The notes beneath the pieces are model-generated. The model searched no databases. It had not been told where the DNA came from and saw nothing but the letters and a program-made list of their open reading frames with translations. A stretch of DNA of 64,000 nucleotides. It comes from Candidatus Cloacimonadota bacterium (GTDB lineage Bacteria; Cloacimonadota; Cloacimonadia; JGIOTU-2). Position numbers and translations under genes: made by a program. Location of the stretch: contig JAYEOL010000075.1 in assembly GCA_034722995.1 (NCBI GenBank), positions 16,924 to 80,923 of the forward strand, written 5' to 3'. Of this stretch, positions 50,468-60,539 are shown one piece after another; within the stretch, counting starts at the first letter, position 1, and every line of letters starts with the position of its first letter.

Positions 50468-51808
50468 ATGATTAAAAAAATAATAGTTGCCAATCGCGGC
50501 GAGATTGCATTACGCATTATCCGCGCTGCTAGAGAAATGGGTATAAAAACTGTGGCAGTCTATTCAAAAGCAGATAAGGATAGTCTTCATAGAAAATTTG
50601 CTGATGAAAGTGTGTGTATAGGTGAAGCACCTTCAAAAAAAAGTTATCTCTTCTATCAGAATATTCTCGGTGCAGCAGAAGCCAGTGGTGCTGATGCTAT
50701 TCATCCCGGATACGGATTTCTTGCAGAAAATGCTGATTTTGCTGAAGCCTGTCAGGCATTAGACCTTATCTTTATTGGACCAAGTCCTGATTCAATGCGG
50801 AAAATGGGTGACAAAGCAACTGCTAGAAAACTGATGACTAAAGCTGGTGTTCCAGTTACTCCCGGTTCAAAAGGAATTCTGGAAAATATATCAAACGCTA
50901 AAGAAACGGCTGATAAGATTGGTTATCCAGTTATGATTAAAGCATCTGCTGGCGGCGGAGGCAGGGGTATGAGAATTGTAAATCAGGAAAATGAACTTGA
51001 ACGAAGTATCCAAAACGCTGCTCACGAATCAGAAAAAGCATTCGGTTCTGGAGAGCTCTATCTTGAAAAATTCATTTCTAATGCTCGGCATATTGAAGTG
51101 CAAATTCTGGCTGATAAAAAAGGAAATACTGTCCATCTTTTTGAAAGAGAATGCTCTATTCAACGAAATCATCAGAAGTTGCTGGAGGAATCACCTTGTC
51201 CAATTCTCACTGAAAAAACCAGACGACATATCTGCGAAACAGCTGTTAAAGCCGCTAAAAACGTAGGCTACCATTCTGCCGGTACTGTGGAATTTCTTTA
51301 TGATGTTGATACAAATAAATTCTATTTTATGGAAATGAACACCAGAATTCAAGTTGAGCATCCTGTCACAGAGATGATTACAAACATTGACTTGGTCAAA
51401 AAGCAAATTGCAATTTCTGGAGGTCAGGAATTAGAAATAAGTCAAAATGATATAAGACATCAAGGTCATGCGATTGAATGCCGTATAAATGCAGAAGATT
51501 GGAAAAACGATTTCCGCTCCAGTCCCGGTAGAATTACACAATATATCCCACCAGGTGGATTTGGTGTGCGTGTAGATTCTGCTTGCTATACAGGCTGGGA
51601 AATTCTGCCGTATTATGATTCTCTAATTGCTAAATTGATTACCTGGGGAGATACTAGAATTGATGCCATTGAAAGAATGAAAAGAGCTTTGCATGAATTT
51701 GTAATAGAAGGAATACATACTACTATTGACTTTCATAAAATGATTCTGAATCATTCTGAATTTATTAAATCAAATATTACAACTAATTTTATTGGAGAAT
51801 ATTTTTAG
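50468..51808 (+). CDS. accC: Biotin carboxylase
   Basis: 'IKKIIVANRGEIALRIIRA', 'GYPVMIKASAGGGGRGMR', 'EMNTRIQVEHPVTE'. Confidence 0.95.
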   Translation: MIKKIIVANRGEIALRIIRAAREMGIKTVAVYSKADKDSLHRKFADESVCIGEAPSKKSYLFYQNILGAAEASGADAIHPGYGFLAENADFAEACQALDLIFIGPSPDSMRKMGDKATARKLMTKAGVPVTPGSKGILENISNAKETADKIGYPVMIKASAGGGGRGMRIVNQENELERSIQNAAHESEKAFGSGELYLEKFISNARHIEVQILADKKGNTVHLFERECSIQRNHQKLLEESPCPILTEKTRRHICETAVKAAKNVGYHSAGTVEFLYDVDTNKFYFMEMNTRIQVEHPVTEMITNIDLVKKQIAISGGQELEISQNDIRHQGHAIECRINAEDWKNDFRSSPGRITQYIPPGGFGVRVDSACYTGWEILPYYDSLIAKLITWGDTRIDAIERMKRALHEFVIEGIHTTIDFHKMILNHSEFIKSNITTNFIGEYF

Positions 51809-51822
51809 TGAATTAGTGAATT

Positions 51823-51903
51823 GGTAAACTGGTTGAACTGGTTGAACTGGTTGAACTGGTTGAACTGGTTGAACCGATTCAACCGATTCAACTGATTCAA
51901 CTA
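51823..51903. repeat. 9-bp tandem repeat array (GGTTGAACT x5 then GAACCGATTCAACCGATTCAACTGATTCAACT) filling the accC-accDA spacer
   Basis: Read directly. Same unit as 50374-50442 and the in-frame copy at 2818-2880. Confidence 0.9.
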
Positions 51904-51918
51904 ATCTGAGGTAAAATT

Positions 51919-53541
51919 ATGCGAAAATTATTTATAAAATGTCCGAATTGCAAAACCACTCATTTTATCAATTTTTATGCAAAAAAACAATTTGTATGTC
52001 CAGAATGCAATTATCACTTAAGCCTTACTACAAATGAAAGGATTAAATTTCTAATAAAAGGTAGAAGTTTCAAAGAATATTTTAAAAAAATTAGGACCAT
52101 AGACCCGTTGAATTTTGCGCGCTATCAAGAGAAGTTAAAAATCGCCCATAAGAAAAGCAAATCTAAATCTGCTGTAAAAGTTGGAATGGCTAAAATTGGG
52201 AAATATTCTGTAGTAATCGCAGTATTAGACCAAAATTTTATGATGGGAAGTATGGGAGCGGCTGTTGGTGAAAAGGTCACTCGAGCTGTAGAGCTCGCAT
52301 TAAATAAGAATATTCCGTTAATAATTATCTCCGCATCTGGCGGTGCAAGAATGCAGGAAGGGGTTATCTCACTAATGCAGATGGCAAAAACAAGTGCAGC
52401 TTTAAAACGACTAAATAATGCAGGTTTACTGTTTATCTCTATACTTACTCATCCTACTACCGGGGGTGTAAGTGCTTCCTTTGCCTTTTTGGGTGATATT
52501 ATCATTGCTGAACCCAATGCACTTATTGGATTTGCAGGTCCTCGTGTAATTCAACAAACTATTGGAGAGAAATTGCCAGAAGGATTTCAGCGCTCAGAAT
52601 TCTTACTCAAGCACGGAATGATAGATATTATCTGCAATCGGATTAGTCTGAAAAGCATCCTTGAGAAAATTCTTAATATCCATCTCTCGTCTGGGGCAAA
52701 ACTTTCACCTATTTCTAAAGATGTAATAAAGCCTTCTTCTCCAAGATATTCAATTATGGAGACCGTAACATTGGCAAGACATATTCAGCGTCCTACTACA
52801 CTTGATTTTATCAACCTGATTTTTGACGATTTTATTGAACTTCACGGAGACAGATTCTTTGCTGATGACAAGGCAATGGTAGGTGGAATCGCCCTTTTTG
52901 AAGGAATTCCAGTTACAGTAATTGGACAGCAAAAAGGGAAAAATACGAAAGAGAATATCTATCGTCATTTTGGTATGGCTCATCCAGAAGGTTATAGAAA
53001 AGCACTTCGTTTGATGAAGCAGGCAGAAAAATTCAATCGCCCAATAATAAATTTGATTGATACACCAGGAGCATATCCGGGCATTGGAGCAGAAGAGCGT
53101 GGACAGGCAGAAGCCATTGCAAAAAATCTTCGTGAAATGTCTGACTTAAAAGTACCTATTATTAGTATTATTACAGGAGAAGGCGGGTCAGGTGGTGCAT
53201 TGGGAATTGGTGTTGCAGATAAAATCTTAATGCTGGAAAACGCAATATATTCTGTAATTTCACCAGAAGGTTGTGCGTCAATTTTATGGAAAGACCCTAA
53301 AAAATCCAGAGAAGCTGCTGAAGCTCTAAAAATTTCCGCATTTGACTTGTTAAAGTTAGGCTTAATTGATGAAATAATTTCCGAACCTGAACAAGGTGCA
53401 CATACTGATATTGAAAAAACTGCAAATTCATTGAAAACTGCAATCCATCTGCATTTAGAGAAACTGCTAAAATTTAATCCAGAAGAACTAATTGAACATC
53501 GCTATCAGAAATACCGTAAGATAAAATTTTATGAAGAATAA
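51919..53541 (+). CDS. accDA: Acetyl-CoA carboxylase carboxyltransferase, fused beta-alpha (AccD-AccA)
   Basis: N-term zinc ribbon 'CPNCKTT...CPECNYH' (AccD). C-half '[51 protein letters not shown]' (AccA). 540 aa. Confidence 0.85.
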   Translation: MRKLFIKCPNCKTTHFINFYAKKQFVCPECNYHLSLTTNERIKFLIKGRSFKEYFKKIRTIDPLNFARYQEKLKIAHKKSKSKSAVKVGMAKIGKYSVVIAVLDQNFMMGSMGAAVGEKVTRAVELALNKNIPLIIISASGGARMQEGVISLMQMAKTSAALKRLNNAGLLFISILTHPTTGGVSASFAFLGDIIIAEPNALIGFAGPRVIQQTIGEKLPEGFQRSEFLLKHGMIDIICNRISLKSILEKILNIHLSSGAKLSPISKDVIKPSSPRYSIMETVTLARHIQRPTTLDFINLIFDDFIELHGDRFFADDKAMVGGIALFEGIPVTVIGQQKGKNTKENIYRHFGMAHPEGYRKALRLMKQAEKFNRPIINLIDTPGAYPGIGAEERGQAEAIAKNLREMSDLKVPIISIITGEGGSGGALGIGVADKILMLENAIYSVISPEGCASILWKDPKKSREAAEALKISAFDLLKLGLIDEIISEPEQGAHTDIEKTANSLKTAIHLHLEKLLKFNPEELIEHRYQKYRKIKFYEE

Positions 53542-53547
53542 TACAAA

Positions 53548-53731
53548 TAAATCCTAAATCCTAATTTCTAATGTCAAATAAATGCCAAATTCTAAATGAC
53601 AAAAATCAACTTTTTTGATTATTATAGAGAAAATAAAGGTTTTTGCATTTGATATTTGTACGCCAGTCCCGATTTATCGCTACTCCGTTTCGGAGCTGGC
53701 GGATCATTAGAATTTAGAAATTAGGATTTAG
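53548..53731. mobile_element. MITE-like element: ~25-bp terminal inverted repeats (AAATCCTAAATCCTAATTTCTAATG / CATTAGAATTTAGAAATTAGGATTTAG) enclosing a CCGCCAG-type hairpin module
   Basis: TIRs read directly (19 of 22 match). Internal 53661-53702 'CGCCAGTCCCGATTTATCG..CTCCGTTTCGGAGCTGGCGG' is an inverted copy of 20748-20772. No coding capacity. Confidence 0.6.
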
Positions 53732-53745
53732 AACTTTAGAAAAAT

Positions 53746-54633
53746 ATGTATAAAATTATCCTAAATCCATTTGCAGGAAAAGGAAAGGCATTTCGTTCCA
53801 TCCGCAAAATTAAAAAATTTTTCAATAAACACAAAATGCAATTTGAAATGGCAATTACTGATTCTCCAAAACAAGCTATAAACATCGCTTTAGAGAGCGC
53901 AAATAAAGGATTTGAATATATTGTTGCTGCTGGAGGGGATGGCACAATTAATGAAGTATTAAATGGAATAATGAAATCAAATAATCCTGAAGAGATAAAA
54001 CCTGGAATTATCACTGTTGGCGGCGGTAATGACTTTATAAAAAATATTGATTATCCAAAAAAGATAGAAAAGCAGGTAAAACTACTGAGAAGACGAGTTA
54101 CAAAGAAAGTTGATATTGGTCAAATTGAAGATTACTATTTTATAAATACACTTGGAATTGGGTTTGATGCTCAGGTAGCGATAACTTACTCAGAAAGCAA
54201 AACTTTTGATGGTTCTGCTGGATATATGAAAGCAATAATGAAAACCCTTATAAAATGTAAAAGCTATCCCGTGGAAATACAAATAAACGACATTTCAATC
54301 AAAGGTGATAAACTTTTTGTTTCTGTTGGAAATGGTAAATGTTGTGGTGGCAAATTTCATCTCACTCCTGATGCAAAAATTGATGATGGTCTCTTTGACT
54401 TCTGTATTATAGATAAAATATCAAGAAAAGAAATTATAAAATTGCTTCCAAAAGCTGTTAAAGCAAAACATATAAATTATCCAATGGTTACTATGCTAAA
54501 AGGAAAAGAAATTATTGTAAAATCAGATGAAGATTTACCTGTTTATTTGGATGGTGAAATTCCTGATTTGAAGGACAGAAAAAACATTGACATAAAAATA
54601 CTCCCAAAAGAGATTAATTTAATTGTGCAATAG
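53746..54633 (+). CDS. Diacylglycerol kinase-family lipid kinase (YegS/DagK-like)
   Basis: 'AAGGDGTINEV' and 'GGGNDF' motifs. Confidence 0.85.
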   Translation: MYKIILNPFAGKGKAFRSIRKIKKFFNKHKMQFEMAITDSPKQAINIALESANKGFEYIVAAGGDGTINEVLNGIMKSNNPEEIKPGIITVGGGNDFIKNIDYPKKIEKQVKLLRRRVTKKVDIGQIEDYYFINTLGIGFDAQVAITYSESKTFDGSAGYMKAIMKTLIKCKSYPVEIQINDISIKGDKLFVSVGNGKCCGGKFHLTPDAKIDDGLFDFCIIDKISRKEIIKLLPKAVKAKHINYPMVTMLKGKEIIVKSDEDLPVYLDGEIPDLKDRKNIDIKILPKEINLIVQ

Positions 54634-54642
54634 AAATGTTTA

Positions 54643-55884
54643 ATGTGGGAGAACATAATGAAATATATTAAATCACTATTAGCAATAATTATCTTTTCAT
54701 GCTTAATTGTAAGTTGCACCAGTCCGACAAGTAGTGAAAAAGCCAGTATAACCGGTAGAATTTTCTATACAGATTCTGGAAATCCTGCTATTGGTGCAAA
54801 AGTTATTTTAAGAAAAAATTTTGGACACGGGATGTCAAATGTTTTTTCCTTTTATGATAGCACTTATACAAGTAGCCTGGGATATTTTACATTCAATAAT
54901 ATAGAAAAGGGACTTTATGAACTTTATGCGTGTAAGTATAGTAATTCTGGGGAGCAAAATTTAACATATATCAGCCAACTTTCTAATTTAATAAATCTTA
55001 CTGATGAGGAAACAACATATACGGTTGAAGATATTTTTCTAATTCCAATGCTTAATGAAGGTAAGATAAAAGGTAATTTGGTAATAAATACGATTCAATT
55101 GCCAGCAGACAGTGCTTTGGTAAACCTATGGAGACTCGAAGAGTGTACATTTACAAAAATTGATAGTGTTCTCTCCAATAGTAATGGAAATTTCTTATTT
55201 GAAAATGTAAGAACAGGAACTTATCATATTTATGCAAGTGCTATTGATACAAGTTGGGGCTTCCCCGTTAGTGCTTCTAAACCCTGCTTTTCCAATGGGA
55301 AAGATACCTGTAATCTTGATACATTGTTTTTGACATGTGTTGCTGTAGAAAAACCTGCCATCTACATCTATCCAGAAGAAGATTCCCAATTTCAGGTTAA
55401 ACTAATTTTAAAAAATGGAACAAGAATTACTAAAAGCATTCCAGAATACAATTCTGGTTGGGATGTGTTTGTAGAAAAATCTGGTAGAATAAATAGCAAG
55501 TATGATTATCTCTTTTATGAAGCTTCTATAAAGATAATGCCTGAACTATCTTCTGGCTGGTGCATACTTCAAAAAAATCTAAAGAATGAACTGAATAATT
55601 TACTCTCAAAAACGGGTTTAACCCAAAATGAAACGAATGAATTTTTAGATTATTGGTTAAATAGACTGCAAGTTTACAAATATTATAAAATCTTTCCTGT
55701 TGTTAATCAGCAGTTAGATGAATTTGTAGAATTAGATATAACCCCTCAGCCCCAAACAATCTTTAGAATTTGGTTCTTCTTTCAAGGCTGTGATAAGTTT
55801 GAAGCGTTACCTTCCCCACAAATCAAAAATTTTAAACGAGAAGGAACAACTGTAATTGAATGGGGTGGGATGCTGCTGAATTAG
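54643..55884 (+). CDS. Lipoprotein paralog A (CarbopepD_reg-like N-domain + conserved C-domain). Start may be the MKYIKSLL at 54658
   Basis: Lipobox 'LIVSCTSPTSSEKASITGRIF'. C-half near-identical to the next gene. Confidence 0.5.
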   Translation: MWENIMKYIKSLLAIIIFSCLIVSCTSPTSSEKASITGRIFYTDSGNPAIGAKVILRKNFGHGMSNVFSFYDSTYTSSLGYFTFNNIEKGLYELYACKYSNSGEQNLTYISQLSNLINLTDEETTYTVEDIFLIPMLNEGKIKGNLVINTIQLPADSALVNLWRLEECTFTKIDSVLSNSNGNFLFENVRTGTYHIYASAIDTSWGFPVSASKPCFSNGKDTCNLDTLFLTCVAVEKPAIYIYPEEDSQFQVKLILKNGTRITKSIPEYNSGWDVFVEKSGRINSKYDYLFYEASIKIMPELSSGWCILQKNLKNELNNLLSKTGLTQNETNEFLDYWLNRLQVYKYYKIFPVVNQQLDEFVELDITPQPQTIFRIWFFFQGCDKFEALPSPQIKNFKREGTTVIEWGGMLLN

Positions 55885-55912
55885 AATAAAGCAAAAAGGA
55901 AGGCAAACAATT

Positions 55913-57133
55913 ATGAGAAATACTAATATATCATTAGCAATATTTCTTATCTTTTCAGTTTTTATTGTAAGTTGCACCAGTCCGACAAGTAGTGAAAAAG
56001 CCAGTATAACTGGTAGAGTTTTCTGTGCAGATTCTGGAAATCCTGCAGGGGGAGCAAAAGTATGGTTAAAAAAAATCGTATGCCCTCCAGCACCAATTGT
56101 TTATAAAAGCACCTATACTAATAATAAAGGATATTTTTGTTTTAATGATGTAGAAAATGGTTATTTGCGAATATATGCCTGCAAATATATTAATTCCGAT
56201 GAATCTAATGTATCATATATTAGTCCCATTTATAATTTTTTTTATGAAGGTGAAAGTATATACAAACTTGAAGATATATTTCTTAATAAAGTATTTGAAA
56301 ATGGTACAATAATAGGTAATGTTTTTGTATCTGAAACCCAAGTGCCAGCAGACAGCGCAGTTGTTATATTAAAAAAGATTGATGGAAAAGAATATGAAAA
56401 TATCGATAGTGTTTTTTCTGATACTTGCGGAAATTATACATTTGAGAATGTACGAACTGGTCCACATTTAATTTATGCAAGCAAAATTGATACAAGCTTA
56501 GGGTTTCCAGATAAAATTGTTGCCACACTTGGTTTTTATTGCAATGGGAAAGATTCATGTAATCTTGATACTTTGTTTTTGAAACCGATGGAAGACCGCA
56601 AACCAGCAATATATATCTATCCAGAAGAGGAGCGCAAGTTCCAGGTTAAACTGATTTTAAAAAATGGAACAAGAATTACTAAAAGCATTCCAGAATACAA
56701 TTCTGGTTGGGATGTGTTTGTAGAAAAATCTGGTAGAATAGATAGCAAGTATGATTATCTCTTTTATGAAGCTTCTATAAAGATAATGCCTGAACTATCT
56801 TCTGGCTGGTGTATTTCACAAAAAAATCTAAAGAATAAACTGAATAGTTTACTCTTAAAAGTCGGTTTAAACCAAAAAGAAATAAATGAATTTCTGGATT
56901 ATTGGTTAAATATCTTAAAAGATTACAACTATTATAAAATTTATCCACTTTTTAATGAACAAATTGATTATTATGTAGAGCTAAAAATTAATCCTAAACC
57001 AAAGACAATTTTTAGAATGCGATTCTTCTTTCAAGGTTGCAAAAATTTTGAAGAATTGCCTTCTCCTCAAATAAACGATTTTGTCCGAGAAGGAACAACA
57101 GTCATTGAATGGGGTGGGGTGTTGTTGAATTAA
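55913..57133 (+). CDS. Lipoprotein paralog B (tandem duplicate of 54643-55884)
   Basis: 'FIVSCTSPTSSEKASITGRVF'. ~170 nt (56612-56820) near-identical to 55352-55560. Confidence 0.5.
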   Translation: MRNTNISLAIFLIFSVFIVSCTSPTSSEKASITGRVFCADSGNPAGGAKVWLKKIVCPPAPIVYKSTYTNNKGYFCFNDVENGYLRIYACKYINSDESNVSYISPIYNFFYEGESIYKLEDIFLNKVFENGTIIGNVFVSETQVPADSAVVILKKIDGKEYENIDSVFSDTCGNYTFENVRTGPHLIYASKIDTSLGFPDKIVATLGFYCNGKDSCNLDTLFLKPMEDRKPAIYIYPEEERKFQVKLILKNGTRITKSIPEYNSGWDVFVEKSGRIDSKYDYLFYEASIKIMPELSSGWCISQKNLKNKLNSLLLKVGLNQKEINEFLDYWLNILKDYNYYKIYPLFNEQIDYYVELKINPKPKTIFRMRFFFQGCKNFEELPSPQINDFVREGTTVIEWGGVLLN

Positions 57134-57151
57134 AATTAAATTATTATACAG

Positions 57152-57194
57152 CAAAAAATAAGACCTTCGGGGTGTCGTAAACCTCGAAGGTCTT
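57152..57194. terminator. Bidirectional rho-independent terminator between convergent genes
   Basis: AAGACCTTCG-GGGTGTCGTAAACC-TCGAAGGTCTT. The minus strand gives hairpin + ATTTTTT. The plus-strand T-tract is weaker. Confidence 0.7.
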
Positions 57195-57256
57195 CTATAT
57201 TATCAATCTTTGCAAAGGTTTCCCCCAATTTAATCGGTGGATTTTCAAAACTAAAA

Positions 57257-58165
57257 TTACTCGAAATCCTGTAACTTCTTATGAAATCTTCTCATCATAT
57301 ATGAAGATGAAATAAAGATATTATCCCTATTGCTTGTCTTTATATAAACTTCTCTATCGTCCTTTTTGATGAATTTTATATTGTATCCAGTTCCATCAAC
57401 AAGAGTAACAACAACAGTTTCATCTGGCTTATTCCAATTTAGTTCAACTGGCTCATCTTGAAATTTGGTAGTTCGCATTGGCGAGAAGGCATTTACAATT
57501 GATGATAACTTTGAAGGCTGAACCTCAATCTCTTTATCATCTTGTCTAACATACCAAACTGTATCAACAAATGTAAAATAAATGGTTGTATCACTATAAC
57601 TTACTTCAATATAATCTATCTCATTTTTGGGAATATCTACAATAACTTTATCTCGCCATTGATTAACCTTTTTATTAAAAATGTAAGATAGATTTCCTGC
57701 AACAGAATATACTTTATCAAATTCAGATTCCCGTAAAAATGTATGAGAATAATTCTGGTCAGTTTTGCCAATAATAAAATCTAAAACTATATTATCATCT
57801 TTAAATATCTGAATTTGTGTTCCAGTAGAATCTACCTGAAATTTACTTTGTTTTTCCGGATTTACTGAGACTATACCTTCAAATTTCAAATCATTAATTT
57901 GTTCAATAACTCTTTCCATCGTTTTTTTATCAGCAAAATAATCAATAGGTTTTTTTACAAACCATTTATCATCTACTTTTTCTAAGGTAACATCTTTTTC
58001 TGTCTCAGAAGAATTAATACAAATTTTTGTAATACCCAGTGTGTCAAATTCTGCAAATCCACTTTTTTCTGCTTTTTCTAATTTTGGACTAAATCCCTTG
58101 CCAAATAGATAAATTAGTACTAATATTATTAAAATGAAAATAAGCCAAAGCGTCTGTTTTTTCAT
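57257..58165 (-). CDS. DUF4340-like periplasmic protein (gliding/ABC-transporter-associated), 302 aa
   Basis: N-terminal TM anchor. Last gene of the gldA/F/G-like cluster. Confidence 0.45.
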   Translation of the reverse strand: MKKQTLWLIFILIILVLIYLFGKGFSPKLEKAEKSGFAEFDTLGITKICINSSETEKDVTLEKVDDKWFVKKPIDYFADKKTMERVIEQINDLKFEGIVSVNPEKQSKFQVDSTGTQIQIFKDDNIVLDFIIGKTDQNYSHTFLRESEFDKVYSVAGNLSYIFNKKVNQWRDKVIVDIPKNEIDYIEVSYSDTTIYFTFVDTVWYVRQDDKEIEVQPSKLSSIVNAFSPMRTTKFQDEPVELNWNKPDETVVVTLVDGTGYNIKFIKKDDREVYIKTSNRDNIFISSSYMMRRFHKKLQDFE

Positions 58166-59754
58166 TAGAAATATCTCCCTATTCTCGCATATCTAATCTT
58201 TTTAATCCTCCAGGCAACAAAACCAATAAGAACTACTAATATGGATGGCAACAAGACTGCTATCCATTTAACAGTATTTTTTGCACCTCCAGAGATTTCT
58301 TTTAATTCACGGGTTATAATATTTTTTGAGCGAATTTCTATAAGTCCTGACTCTTGCGCCAACCAGTCTATTGAATTTGTAAAGAACAATGCATTGGTTT
58401 TGTTCAAATAATCATCTCTGATAAAATCTGCATCTCCAACCACTAAAATCCTGCTATCCAAACCTTTTTCTAAATACAATGAGGTATCTAAGGTGTCAGG
58501 CAGTTCTTGATTTCTGAAATAACTTCTGAACTTACCTAATAATAACGAAGCTAAAGGAATGTCTTGCTTATTATACTGTGATTGAGGAATTGGTGGTTGT
58601 ATCGCAATATTTAATCTGCCTTTCTGTATTCCCGCCCGTTTAGATGATTTTGCAAGAGAAATCACTTCTATACTATCTTCTTCTGCAAAAGATGTATTTA
58701 TTGAACTTGCAAAAATAAGCGTTATCGCATTCAAATCTTTAACTATCATATTATTTTTATTGAAATTTTCAACATTAATAAGGAATGGGTATTTCATAAA
58801 ACTTATTTGATAACCTCTTCCAAACTGCTGTCTAACCTGAATATTTGCAGCTCTTGAATCAAAAACAAGATTTCTCTCAACATTAAATCCATAGCCCTTG
58901 AACCATTCGTTCATATCATTATTATAAAATTCCGCTTTTGAAGTATTTGGGTCAGCATTAATATTGTCAATAAGAAAAATTACATGATTTCCTTGCATAA
59001 TAAACTGGTCAATAAGATATTTTTCACCATCAGCAATAACTTCTTTTGGACCAGGAACAACCAATACAGAGAGATCGTTTAGGGCATACTCATCTTCATC
59101 TAAATTAATAGGTTTAAGCTGATAATTCTCTTGAAGTTGTTTTTGAATATTTCTTAATTCATTCTCGAAAGAGAGTTCACCATGTCCCTGTAAAAATCCA
59201 ATGATTGGTAATTCTTTATGTATCAGTTTATTTATTTTTGAAGAAATTTCATATTCAAGATTTTCCGTGCTTTGCACAACTGGGATAACTTCTGTTCTGT
59301 CTTCATAAAGCAAAACTAAACCCATTACAACTCTTTTGACAACCATTTCATCTTTTTCAATAGCATTTACTTGAACCTCTGGAATGCCAAAACTTCTTGC
59401 ATCTTGAACAAATTTCGTTTTGTCACCAGCGGAAACAAATTCAAATTGAAAATATCTATTTGAAAAAGCTTTATATTCTTCTAATTTATCTCTTACATCT
59501 CTCGCTAATGTGTTATATGGGTAAGGAATATTGTTTGTAAAAAAGGCTTTTATCGTAAATTTGTCATCCAAATTTTTTACTAAATTTTTACTATAACCTG
59601 AAATTGAATATCTCTTATCTCTTGTAATATCCACACGAGTAAAAAGATGCACAGCAATCAAATTCAAAACAACTACTATTGCTATAATTAATATAATTCT
59701 TCCCGGTTTGCCTTGTGCAAAATCTTTAACACGATTTTTATTAATATTTGTCAT
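58165..59754 (-). CDS. GldG-like ABC-transporter auxiliary protein (529 aa)
   Basis: N- and C-terminal TM segments with a large periplasmic domain. Sits immediately downstream of the ABC-2 permease. Stop overlaps the DUF4340 start. Confidence 0.55.
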   Translation of the reverse strand: MTNINKNRVKDFAQGKPGRIILIIAIVVVLNLIAVHLFTRVDITRDKRYSISGYSKNLVKNLDDKFTIKAFFTNNIPYPYNTLARDVRDKLEEYKAFSNRYFQFEFVSAGDKTKFVQDARSFGIPEVQVNAIEKDEMVVKRVVMGLVLLYEDRTEVIPVVQSTENLEYEISSKINKLIHKELPIIGFLQGHGELSFENELRNIQKQLQENYQLKPINLDEDEYALNDLSVLVVPGPKEVIADGEKYLIDQFIMQGNHVIFLIDNINADPNTSKAEFYNNDMNEWFKGYGFNVERNLVFDSRAANIQVRQQFGRGYQISFMKYPFLINVENFNKNNMIVKDLNAITLIFASSINTSFAEEDSIEVISLAKSSKRAGIQKGRLNIAIQPPIPQSQYNKQDIPLASLLLGKFRSYFRNQELPDTLDTSLYLEKGLDSRILVVGDADFIRDDYLNKTNALFFTNSIDWLAQESGLIEIRSKNIITRELKEISGGAKNTVKWIAVLLPSILVVLIGFVAWRIKKIRYARIGRYF

Positions 59755-59766
59755 ACTCAGTCTCCA

Positions 59767-60477
59767 TTAACGATATTTCCTTTTATATAGTGATTTGCAA
59801 GCAAAAAATAAGAATATAAAAATTACAGACAGGTAGTAAATAATATCTCGTGAATCAATTACACCCTTTGCAATATTCTGAAAATGAAAATCTATACTTA
59901 TATATTGTAAAATAGAACCCAACCATATTGGAATAAAATATAAAAATTTATCTAAAAGAAAAAGAATTATTATAATAAAAAATGAAATAATAAACGCAAC
60001 AATTTGGTTTTGAGAAATAGTGCTGCTAAAAATCCCAATAGCGGAATATGCAGCTCCCATTAGTATAAGTCCTATATATCCTGCTAAAATGATACCTCCA
60101 TCAGGAGAACCAAGTATTGCCAGAGTAATAACATAAACTAATGTAGACAAAATTGCTGCACATAACAATACTATTGCTGCAAAGAATTTACCAAGTACAA
60201 TTTGAGTTTCTGTTACAGGTGTGGTGCAAAGAAGTTCAATTGTTCCAGACCGTTTCTCTTCTGCGATGGTTCTCATAGTAACTGCTGGAATAAAAAATAT
60301 AAATATCAAAGGCACTACTGAAAAAATATTTCTCATTGTAGCTTCATTTACCAGAAAAAGATTCGTTCCAAAAAACCAACCTGTTATCAAAAGAAACAAA
60401 GCAATCAATATATATGCAACAGGTGAATAAAAGTATGCTCTTATCTCTTTTTTGTAAATTGCTGATATATTACTCAT
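59767..60477 (-). CDS. ABC-2 family permease (GldF-like)
   Basis: Six predicted TM helices. Start set at MSNISAIYKK (GGAGGA RBS). Confidence 0.7.
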   Translation of the reverse strand: MSNISAIYKKEIRAYFYSPVAYILIALFLLITGWFFGTNLFLVNEATMRNIFSVVPLIFIFFIPAVTMRTIAEEKRSGTIELLCTTPVTETQIVLGKFFAAIVLLCAAILSTLVYVITLAILGSPDGGIILAGYIGLILMGAAYSAIGIFSSTISQNQIVAFIISFFIIIILFLLDKFLYFIPIWLGSILQYISIDFHFQNIAKGVIDSRDIIYYLSVIFIFLFFACKSLYKRKYR

Positions 60478-60539
60478 TTGTTTCCTCCACCTATGGATTA
60501 TTTTGCCACGAACAAACACAAACTCGCACAAACTTTTTT

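Noticed and set aside
50374-51903. 9-bp tandem arrays as a CRISPR array
   Set aside because: The units are 9 bp with no intervening unique spacers, and there are no cas genes. They are simple tandem repeats.
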